A DNA stretch of 64,000 nt from a virus. This document shows, piece after piece, positions 55,830 through 64,000 of this stretch. The notes beneath the pieces are model-generated. The model did no database searches and had not been told where the DNA came from. It saw only the letters and a list, made by a program, of their open reading frames with translations. The stretch covers positions 1-64,000 of IMG/VR virus record IMGVR_UViG_3300025872_000051, one strand, 5' to 3'. A program made the translations under genes and the position numbers. The first letter of the stretch is position 1, and the number at the start of each line of letters is the position of its first letter.

Positions 55830-57733
55830 TGTCCCAATTCAAGACACATAAAACGGTTGAGCAAATTGCAAGGAAGCATCGTCTTGATGTTTCTTTTATA
55901 CAAAAGCAACTTGATATGGGGGAACCTATTGAGCACGAGCATACTAGAGATCATGATCTTGCCAGAGATATTGCTCTTCAACATCTTGATGAGATTCCAG
56001 ATTATTATACTCGTTTGAAAAAAATGGAATCTGATGCTAAAAAGCATCATAAAAAGTTTAAAGATGTAAAAGAAAACACGAATACTAATCTTGCTTATGA
56101 GTGGGATTATCCAATACATCCAGAAAATACTAGATATTGCACAAAGTGCAAAAGAAATGAAACAAAAGAAGAATGCAAATACGGTGAAAGATATTGGATG
56201 TTATTTTCATTGCCAACAAAATTAAAAGAAGAAACCAAATCTGGTGACGAAGGACTCCACGACTGGTTTAATAAATCAAAATCATCTGATGGTAAAAAAG
56301 GATGGGTTCAGTTGGGTGGAAAGTGGGCAGGTAAACCTTGTGCCCGTCAACCAGGACAAACATCAACTCCCAAATGCGGAAGTTCTAAGATGTCGGCAAA
56401 TTTATCCGATAATGAAGAAGAGACCGCAAGACGTAGAAAAAATAGATTAGATCCAAATCAACCACAAAAAAGTGGTGGAGCAAAACCAACTAACGTAAGA
56501 ACTGAAGAGATGGATTTACAGGAAGTAAAGGACAAACCAGGCAAAGGTAGTGGCAAAAAAGATGCCTGCTATCATAAGGTAAAGTCGCGTTATAGTGTTT
56601 GGCCAAGTGCATATGCATCTGGAGCACTGGTCAAATGCCGTAAGGTTGGTGCGGATAACTGGGGAACTAAATCGGAGGCAACTATGCACGAAGAAGAAAG
56701 ATATTGCCCATTATGCGATAAGAGAGAAACAAGATCTCAATGCTCTTATGGAGAAAAGGCATGGGATAAAGTTTCCGTAAAGGATGAAGAGTATTCTATG
56801 GTTCGTTCAGAACTTCAAACTCTTATGAAGGCAGCAAAAATTCTCAATAATAAAGTTGGAAAGGGTGAAGGAAATCTTGAAGCTTGGGTTCAATCTAAAA
56901 TTACTAAAGCAGCAGATTATCTTGATACCGCAGCAGATTATGTTACAAGTGGAGAAATGGAAGAAGAAAAAATTGTAGATAGAATTAAAAATGATGTACT
57001 AGATGAAAATTGCTGGCCAGGTTATAAAAGAAAAAAAGGAACCAAAAAGTTTGCTCCCGGTTCTTGCGTAAAGGCAGAGAATGTAACTATTGAAGATGCT
57101 GACGGAAATACTTTTGCAGAGGTAGTTGATATTATCAAACCAGAACCAATCAAAGGGTTCAAATCACAAGTAGATGAGGCAACAAGAATGCAAGCACAAA
57201 CGGGAAATGTTATTATGGTTACTTTAATGTGGAGAGGAAAATATTACTCTATGAAGATGTTCTTCCCACAAATCAAATTACCAACACGTAAAGAAATTAA
57301 TGATGAACTTCAGAAAGTTTATCCTGGCAGCAATGTAATTTATCATTCCGTTTCAGAACTTCAACCTGGACAACCATTAATCCAAGCGTTTGGTCCTCAA
57401 GGTGGCAGTGCAGCAAAACCAGGACCTAATAGGAACTATGTAAAACCAATGGGCGAGGAAGTAGAAGTTGATGAAGATTGGCAAAAGGTTAATCACCAAG
57501 ACAAAACCGATGGTCTCAGCCAAAAAGCAGTAAATGCATACCGTAGAGAAAATCCTGGTTCAAAACTTCAAACAGCAGTAACTGAAAAAAATCCTTCAGG
57601 AAAAAGAGCACAGCGTAGAAAAAACTTTTGTAGTAGGATGAGTGGCATGAAGAAAAGATTGACTTCGGCAGAAACTGCAAGAGATCCAGATTCACGAATT
57701 AACAAAGCACTTCGTCGTTGGAATTGTAACTAA
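55829..57733 (+). CDS. Modular basic protein between the terminase genes (polyprotein-like)
   Basis: Distinct short modules separated by Glu-rich linkers. Confidence 0.75.
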   Translation: MSQFKTHKTVEQIARKHRLDVSFIQKQLDMGEPIEHEHTRDHDLARDIALQHLDEIPDYYTRLKKMESDAKKHHKKFKDVKENTNTNLAYEWDYPIHPENTRYCTKCKRNETKEECKYGERYWMLFSLPTKLKEETKSGDEGLHDWFNKSKSSDGKKGWVQLGGKWAGKPCARQPGQTSTPKCGSSKMSANLSDNEEETARRRKNRLDPNQPQKSGGAKPTNVRTEEMDLQEVKDKPGKGSGKKDACYHKVKSRYSVWPSAYASGALVKCRKVGADNWGTKSEATMHEEERYCPLCDKRETRSQCSYGEKAWDKVSVKDEEYSMVRSELQTLMKAAKILNNKVGKGEGNLEAWVQSKITKAADYLDTAADYVTSGEMEEEKIVDRIKNDVLDENCWPGYKRKKGTKKFAPGSCVKAENVTIEDADGNTFAEVVDIIKPEPIKGFKSQVDEATRMQAQTGNVIMVTLMWRGKYYSMKMFFPQIKLPTRKEINDELQKVYPGSNVIYHSVSELQPGQPLIQAFGPQGGSAAKPGPNRNYVKPMGEEVEVDEDWQKVNHQDKTDGLSQKAVNAYRRENPGSKLQTAVTEKNPSGKRAQRRKNFCSRMSGMKKRLTSAETARDPDSRINKALRRWNCN

Positions 57734-57749
57734 TAGGTAGGTTTTTGTT

Positions 57750-59402
57750 ATGTCAAATAATGATGTATATCTTGGTAATCCTCTATTAAAAAAGGCAAAT
57801 ACAACTCACGAATTCACAGAAGAACAGGTTCTTGAGATTGTAAAGTGCATGAATGATCCTGTTTATTTTGCCAATAACTATGTAAAAATTGTTACTCTTG
57901 ACCATGGATTACAGACATTTAAACCTTATCATTTCCAAGAAAAATTAATTAATAACTTTCATAAGTATAGATTTAATATTTGCAAGATGCCTCGTCAGAC
58001 AGGTAAGTCAACGACTGTAGTATCTTTTCTTTTACATTATGCGGTTTTTAATGATAATGTAAATATTGGTATTCTTGCAAATAAAGCAGCAACAGCCAGG
58101 GAGCTCCTGGATAGATTACAAACTGCTTATGAAAATCTTCCAAAGTGGATGCAACAGGGTATTATATCATGGAACAAAGGTTCTCTTGAACTTGAAAATG
58201 GTTCTAAAATTTTAGCAGCATCAACATCTGCATCCGCTGTCCGAGGAATGTCATTCAACATTTTATTCTTGGACGAATTTGCGTTCGTTCCAAATCATAT
58301 TGCGGATTCGTTCTTCGCGTCAGTTTATCCTACGATTACTTCAGGTAAACAAACTAAGGTTATTATAGTTTCTACACCACATGGTATGAATCACTTCTAC
58401 CGAATGTGGCACGATGCTGAAAAGGGTAAAAATGAATATGTATTTACGGATGTTCATTGGTCAGAAGTTCCTGGTCGTGATGAGGAATGGAAAAAGCAAA
58501 CAATTGCAAATACTTCGGAAAACCAATTCAAAGTTGAGTTTGAATGTGAATTCTTAGGATCTGTTGACACGTTAATTGCACCGTCAAAACTTAGAGCACT
58601 TGTATATGATAGTCCTTTAAAAAGTAGCGGTGGATTAGATGTATATCAGGAGCCAGTAGATAATCATGATTACTTAATTTCTGTTGACGTTGCAAGAGGA
58701 GTTGGCAATGATTATTCAGCATTTACTGTTGTGGATATTACTACATTCCCTCACCAAGTGGTAGCAAAATATAGAAATAATGAAATTAAACCAATGCTTT
58801 TTCCAAGTATTATTGTTGATGTTGCAAAAAATTATAATAACTCTTATATTTTATGTGAAGTTAATGATGTGGGCGATCAAGTAGCTTCTATTATTCACTA
58901 TGACTTGGAATATAATAATCTTCTAATGTGCTCAATGAGAGGTAGAGCGGGACAGATTGTTGGACAAGGTTTTTCTGGTAAGAAAACTCAACTTGGTGTA
59001 AAGATGTCCAAAACTGTAAAGAAAGTTGGATGCCTCAATTTAAAGACAATGATTGAAGAGAATAAACTTCTCTTTAATGACTATGATATCATGAGTGAAT
59101 TGACTACATTTATACAAAAACACAATTCGTTTGAAGCAGAAGAAGGATGCAATGATGACCTTGCAATGTGTTTGGTAATATATGCATGGTTAGTTGCACA
59201 GGATTATTTTAAAGAACTTACAGATCAAGATGTTAGGAAAAGATTATATGAGGAACAAAAAAATCAGATAGAGCAAGATATGGCTCCCTTTGGATTCATT
59301 GTTGATGGAACAGATTCCACTAGTTTTATAGATCAAGAAGGGGATAGATGGTTTGTTGATGAATATGGAGATATGGCATATATGTGGGACTATATGCAAT
59401 AA
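57750..59402 (+). CDS. gp17: Terminase large subunit gp17
   Basis: YLGNPLLK; PRQTGKST; LDEFAF; VSTP.G.NHFY; DVARGVG.DYS; DDLAM. Confidence 0.97.
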   Translation: MSNNDVYLGNPLLKKANTTHEFTEEQVLEIVKCMNDPVYFANNYVKIVTLDHGLQTFKPYHFQEKLINNFHKYRFNICKMPRQTGKSTTVVSFLLHYAVFNDNVNIGILANKAATARELLDRLQTAYENLPKWMQQGIISWNKGSLELENGSKILAASTSASAVRGMSFNILFLDEFAFVPNHIADSFFASVYPTITSGKQTKVIIVSTPHGMNHFYRMWHDAEKGKNEYVFTDVHWSEVPGRDEEWKKQTIANTSENQFKVEFECEFLGSVDTLIAPSKLRALVYDSPLKSSGGLDVYQEPVDNHDYLISVDVARGVGNDYSAFTVVDITTFPHQVVAKYRNNEIKPMLFPSIIVDVAKNYNNSYILCEVNDVGDQVASIIHYDLEYNNLLMCSMRGRAGQIVGQGFSGKKTQLGVKMSKTVKKVGCLNLKTMIEENKLLFNDYDIMSELTTFIQKHNSFEAEEGCNDDLAMCLVIYAWLVAQDYFKELTDQDVRKRLYEEQKNQIEQDMAPFGFIVDGTDSTSFIDQEGDRWFVDEYGDMAYMWDYMQ

Positions 59403-59638
59403 TGGACTTAGATATAGATAAGCAAATAAATCTTGGACATTTATTACTTGTTGATAGGAAATGTAGAGTTTGTGGTGAGGTGAAAAATTTAATTGATGGA
59501 TTTTATAGAACTCGTAAAGATAGAGGACCTGTCGCATCATCATATTCATATGAATGTAAAGAATGCACTGTAAATCGTATAACAAGTTCAAAAAAGAGAA
59601 ATTTGAAGGGTATTAGTTGGGAATATCCTGATTGGTAA
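59402..59638 (+). CDS. Small Zn-binding conserved protein
   Basis: CRVC...FYRTRK...YSYECKEC...YPDW. Confidence 0.7.
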   Translation: MDLDIDKQINLGHLLLVDRKCRVCGEVKNLIDGFYRTRKDRGPVASSYSYECKECTVNRITSSKKRNLKGISWEYPDW

Positions 59639-59720
59639 ACATTCACGTCACATTTCCCCTGTGTAAAGTGTGGTTTTAATAAATATTTTTTAGATAAACT
59701 GAGATTTTACGGAGAAAAAC

Positions 59721-61943
59721 ATGGCGACTCCTCAATTATCTCCCGGCGTACTCGTCAGAGAGGTTGACTTAACGGTAGGAAGAGCTGATAATGTTTTAGA
59801 TAATATTGGTGCGATTGCTGGACCTTTTCCGATTGGACCCGTTAATTACCCAATTGATATTGCAACAGAACAAGATTTAATTAACGTATTCGGAAAACCA
59901 CAATCTACCGATTCTCAATATGAGTATTGGATGAGTGCATCCTCATATCTTTCTTATGGAGGTGTTCTTAAAGTTGTAAGAACAGGAAGCACAAATTCGA
60001 GTGTTCTTATAAATGCAAACGCTGGTGTTGGTCAGTCAATAGATTCAACTCTAAGAATTGAAAATTATGACGATTATTTAGATAATCATGCGGACCTAGA
60101 AGGAAATAATTATACATTTGCCGCAAAGAATCCAGGTTCTTGGGCAAATAATATGAAGGTCTGCTTTATTGATGCTTATGCAGACCAAATAATTGGTATT
60201 AACACAACTAATCTTGCTGGACTTGGAGTTACTGTTGGATATGCAGTTACAACTTCATTAAATGGAGTTACTATTGCTGGTTCAGGTTCAACATCAACCT
60301 TTACTGGTTATTTAAAAGGAATTATTACTGGGGTTAGAACTGATTCTACAAATGGAAACAGTTCTATAGATGTAAAAATAGTTTCAAGAGTTTCTTCTGG
60401 CGGAACAGAAACTATAATGGATTATGCTGAAAATTCAAATTATGCAGCATTTGAATTGAATGATACAGTAAGCATTACCAATTCTTCTGGTACAGCAGTT
60501 TCTTCTGTTACAGTAGCATCCGTTCAAGATTGGTATGACAATCAAACATTAGGATTGACTAATACTACTATTTTTTGGAAATCCATTGCACCTAAACCAA
60601 AATCTACAAGATATGCTTTAGATAGAAATGGTAGAAATGATGAACTTCATATTGTTGTGGTAGATGATCTTGGAACTATTACAGGTAATCAAGGAACTTT
60701 ACTTGAAAAGCATACTGGTCTTTCAAAAGCGATTGACGCAGTTTCTGCGGTAAATTCTCCACAGAAAATTTGGTATGAAAGATATATTGCGGATTTTTCA
60801 TCTCAAATTTATGCTGGTTCAGATCCATCTTCTGCTACAGATTCTTATTGGGGAACAACTCCAAGAAAAACCGGATTTATTGGAACAGGTGCAACAGCAT
60901 TTGCTCCAATTGGTACAGGTGATGATCTATGGGGAACAGAAGCACAAGACACATCATTTAGTGTAATAGGAAATAAAACTTACACTCTAACTGGTGGAAT
61001 TGATTATTCTGCCTCAGGTGGAATGACCGCTACATTAGCAGATCTTCAAACTGGTTATAATTTATTCTCAAATAAAGATGAAGTTCAGGTTGATTATCTA
61101 ATCATGGGTCCTGGCCTTGGTGGCAGTGCAAGTGAACCATACGAATCTCAGGCAAAAGCAAGTTTCCTAATTTCTCTTGCAGAGCAAAGAAAGGATTGTG
61201 TGGCATGTATTGGTCCTCACAAAAATAGTTTAATTGGAATAACAAATACCACAACACAAACTACAAATCTCATTAAGTACTTCAGTTCACTTCCTTCTTC
61301 ATCATATGCAGTATTTGATAGTGGATATAAGTATACTTATGATAGATTCAATAACAAGTTTGTATATATTCCTTGTAATGCTGACGTTGCTGGTCTAATG
61401 TGCCGCACTAATATTATTGCATATCCTTGGTTCTCTCCTGCAGGTCAGCAAAGGGGCATTTTGAATAATGCCATTAAACTCGCATACAATCCAAATAAGG
61501 CACAAAGAGATCAACTTTATCCACAAAGGGTCAATGCGATTGTGACCCAACCTGGAATTGGAACTCTTCTCTTCGGAGATAAAACCGCTCTTGGTTATGC
61601 ATCAGCATTTGATAGAATCAACGTTCGTCGCTTGTTCTTAACTGTTGAGCAAGCCCTTGCAAGATCGGCACAAGCACAACTCTTTGAACTCAACGATGAA
61701 CTGACGAGAGCAAACTTTAAGAACATTGTTGAACCATATCTACGCGATGTTCAGGCAAAGAGAGGTCTTTATGGATTCCTAGTTGTTTGCGATAGTTCAA
61801 ACAATACCCCAGATGTTATTGACAATAATGAATTTAGAGCAGACATTTATCTGAAACCAGCCAAATCTATTAACTATGTTACTCTTACATTCGTTGCAAC
61901 TCGCACCGGAGTAAGTTTTGAAGAAGTTGCAGGTACTGTTTGA
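59721..61943 (+). CDS. gp18: Tail sheath protein gp18
   Basis: SPGVLVREVDLT; PWFSPAG..RG; FDRINVRRLF; KPAKSIN. Confidence 0.97.
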   Translation: MATPQLSPGVLVREVDLTVGRADNVLDNIGAIAGPFPIGPVNYPIDIATEQDLINVFGKPQSTDSQYEYWMSASSYLSYGGVLKVVRTGSTNSSVLINANAGVGQSIDSTLRIENYDDYLDNHADLEGNNYTFAAKNPGSWANNMKVCFIDAYADQIIGINTTNLAGLGVTVGYAVTTSLNGVTIAGSGSTSTFTGYLKGIITGVRTDSTNGNSSIDVKIVSRVSSGGTETIMDYAENSNYAAFELNDTVSITNSSGTAVSSVTVASVQDWYDNQTLGLTNTTIFWKSIAPKPKSTRYALDRNGRNDELHIVVVDDLGTITGNQGTLLEKHTGLSKAIDAVSAVNSPQKIWYERYIADFSSQIYAGSDPSSATDSYWGTTPRKTGFIGTGATAFAPIGTGDDLWGTEAQDTSFSVIGNKTYTLTGGIDYSASGGMTATLADLQTGYNLFSNKDEVQVDYLIMGPGLGGSASEPYESQAKASFLISLAEQRKDCVACIGPHKNSLIGITNTTTQTTNLIKYFSSLPSSSYAVFDSGYKYTYDRFNNKFVYIPCNADVAGLMCRTNIIAYPWFSPAGQQRGILNNAIKLAYNPNKAQRDQLYPQRVNAIVTQPGIGTLLFGDKTALGYASAFDRINVRRLFLTVEQALARSAQAQLFELNDELTRANFKNIVEPYLRDVQAKRGLYGFLVVCDSSNNTPDVIDNNEFRADIYLKPAKSINYVTLTFVATRTGVSFEEVAGTV

Positions 61944-61976
61944 TTTTTATTTTAAACAAAAAAGGAGGACCTAAAA

Positions 61977-62585
61977 ATGGCAGAATCAACGATCTCAAAA
62001 TTTAAATCTACTCTTGTTGGTGGTGGTGCGAGACCCAATTTATTTGAAGTAACAATTCCGGGGGATATTCCCGGAGGTGGATCTTTAGGAGAATCATTCA
62101 CTATTCTATGTAAAGCTGCTCAGTTACCTGCATCAAATGTTGCTTCCATTGACATTCCCTTTAGAGGAAGAACCTTCAAAGTAGCTGGAGAGCGTACTTT
62201 TGATCCTTGGACCATAACTGTTATTAACGATGAGAATTTTGCTATTAGAAGAGTTATGGAAGATTGGATGAATTACATTGCACAATATGCTGACGGTAGT
62301 GGTGCTACCACACCAACAGATTATATGGTCGATGCTTATGTGACTCAATTGAGAAGAACCGCATCATCCATTAGAGCTGCATCTGGAGAGGGTGGTGGAT
62401 TAAGTACGACTGGACAAGATGCTGGAAGTAGTAATGAGGTTATTTACAAATTCAATTCTATTTTCCCAACATCTATTTCTGCAATTGATCTTTCATATGA
62501 CTCAGCAGATACAATTGAAGAATTTACTGTTGAATTCCAAGTTCAATACTGGACCCCAGCATCTTCTTCTGACTTAGGAAAATAA
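61977..62585 (+). CDS. gp19: Tail tube protein gp19
   Basis: GGARPNLFEV; FRGR..KVAGERTF..WTITV.ND; IEEFTVEFQ. Confidence 0.96.
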   Translation: MAESTISKFKSTLVGGGARPNLFEVTIPGDIPGGGSLGESFTILCKAAQLPASNVASIDIPFRGRTFKVAGERTFDPWTITVINDENFAIRRVMEDWMNYIAQYADGSGATTPTDYMVDAYVTQLRRTASSIRAASGEGGGLSTTGQDAGSSNEVIYKFNSIFPTSISAIDLSYDSADTIEEFTVEFQVQYWTPASSSDLGK

Positions 62586-62623
62586 TATAGGATAAATAGG
62601 GTAAAGACAAACTAAAATAAATT

Positions 62624-64000
62624 ATGGCAAGATTGTTTGGATTCTCTATTGATGATAACGAACCATTATCTCCAAGTACGGTCAGTCCTGTTCCTCCAAA
62701 TAATGAGGACGGTACTGACCACTACTTGAGTAGTGGTTTTTTTGGTTCTTACGTAGATATTGAGGGAGTTTATAGAACAGAATTTGACTTAATTAAAAGA
62801 TACCGCGAAATGGCACTTCATCCAGAGTGTGATAGTGCAATTGAAGATATTGTAAATGAAGCTATTGTATCGGATACAAATGACAGTCCTATAGAAATTG
62901 AACTGTCTAATTTAAATGCAAGTGATGGTATTAAGAAAAAAATTAGGCAAGAGTTTAGGTATATTCTTTCACTTTTAGATTTTGATAAAAAATCTCATGA
63001 AATTTATAGAAACTGGTACGTTGATGGTAGGCTTTATTATCATAAAGTAATTGATTTAAAGAATCCCCACGAAGGAATTCAAGAACTGCGTTACATAGAT
63101 CCAATGAAGATGAGATATGTGAGGCAGCAAAAAAAGTCGGAAAAAGACAAATACAGGTTATCAAATATCAATACAGACAATCCAATGGATTTTGAATTTC
63201 CTCAAATTGAGGAATATTTCATATACAATCCAAAAATGACATATCCAACAAATAATCCATCCTCTTTGGGTGGAACTGCTGGAATTAAAATGTCAAAGGA
63301 TTCCATCACATATTGCACATCAGGACTTGTAGATAGAAATAAAGGATCAACTCTTTCTTATCTTCACAAAGCAATTAAATCGCTCAATCAACTTAGAATG
63401 ATTGAGGATTCTCTTGTTATTTACAGATTGTCTCGTGCTCCAGAAAGAAGAATTTTCTATATTGATGTTGGTAATCTACCCAAGGTCAAGGCAGAGCAAT
63501 ATCTCCGCGATGTTATGATGCGTTATCGCAATAAACTTGTTTACGATGCCTCTACTGGAGAAATTCGTGACGATAAGAAATTTATGGCAATGCTTGAGGA
63601 CTTCTGGCTTCCAAGAAGAGAAGGTGGTAGAGGTACAGAAATCTCCACTCTTCCTGGCGGACAAAATCTTGGAGAAATTACTGATATTGAGTATTTTAAG
63701 AAAAAACTCTATCGTTCTCTAAATGTTCCCCCTTCAAGAATGGACGGAGAAGGTGGATTTAATCTTGGACGTTCTTCTGAAATTCTTCGTGATGAGGTTA
63801 AGTTTAGCAAATTTGTTGCTCGTCTGAGAAAGAGATTCTCTTATATGTTCCACGATATGTTAAAAACCCAATTGATCCTTAAAAATATTATTACTCCAGA
63901 AGATTGGAGCATAATGGAAGAACATATTCAATATGATTTCCTTTATGATAATCATTTTGCCGAACTTAAGGACGCAGAACTACTCAATGAAAGATTGGGT
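62624..64000 (+). CDS. gp20: Portal vertex protein gp20, truncated by the window end
   Basis: Hand-translated MARLFGFSI...YREMALHPECDSAIEDIVNEA...RAPERRIFYIDVGNLPK...LEDFWLPRREGGRGTEI; GATAAATA upstream at 62591. Confidence 0.96.
   Translation, partial: MARLFGFSIDDNEPLSPSTVSPVPPNNEDGTDHYLSSGFFGSYVDIEGVYRTEFDLIKRYREMALHPECDSAIEDIVNEAIVSDTNDSPIEIELSNLNASDGIKKKIRQEFRYILSLLDFDKKSHEIYRNWYVDGRLYYHKVIDLKNPHEGIQELRYIDPMKMRYVRQQKKSEKDKYRLSNINTDNPMDFEFPQIEEYFIYNPKMTYPTNNPSSLGGTAGIKMSKDSITYCTSGLVDRNKGSTLSYLHKAIKSLNQLRMIEDSLVIYRLSRAPERRIFYIDVGNLPKVKAEQYLRDVMMRYRNKLVYDASTGEIRDDKKFMAMLEDFWLPRREGGRGTEISTLPGGQNLGEITDIEYFKKKLYRSLNVPPSRMDGEGGFNLGRSSEILRDEVKFSKFVARLRKRFSYMFHDMLKTQLILKNIITPEDWSIMEEHIQYDFLYDNHFAELKDAELLNERLG

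Noticed and set aside
299-63722. Most minus-strand and alternate-frame ORFs in the track (e.g. 299-634, 10705-11094, 13342-13857, 16432-17070, 40331-40585)
   Set aside because: They are shadows of well-supported + strand genes with no motifs; only the two HNH genes are credible on the minus strand
1-64000. tRNA or rRNA genes
   Set aside because: No cloverleaf with T-loop and acceptor stem was recognised by eye; tRNAscan-SE would be needed to exclude them

Overview
A 64-kb piece of a T4-like cyanomyovirus genome, probably freshwater. The right part (26.2-64 kb) is a syntenic virion module: gp25-gp6-gp7-gp8-VrlC-like-gp13-gp14-gp15-gp16-gp17-gp18-gp19-gp20, with the portal gene cut by the window end and T4-type late promoters (NNTAAATA). 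The left part (1-25.6 kb) is an accessory region of mostly small + strand ORFs. It includes ferredoxin petF, three GIY-YIG-like and two HNH free-standing homing endonucleases, an SF2 helicase, an EndoVII-like nuclease, two DNA methyltransferases and a probable R-M pair. The most notable structures are: (1) a 32-bp direct repeat with 13 full copies and 1 chimeric copy between 8.46 and 24.8 kb, which sits between stop and start codons, divides the region into gene cassettes and contains an anti-Shine-Dalgarno word; (2) upstream of each GIY-YIG-like gene, a stem-loop carrying a gene-specific antisense copy of that gene's late-mRNA leader, which in two of three cases has its own late promoter and terminator and so looks like a cognate small RNA; (3) a 104-bp ungapped two-copy element; (4) candidate structured ncRNAs; (5) late genes with T4-like capsid-targeting N-termini. 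No tRNA, rRNA or CRISPR array was recognised. All calls come from reading the sequence and from recalled family motifs; no database search was run.
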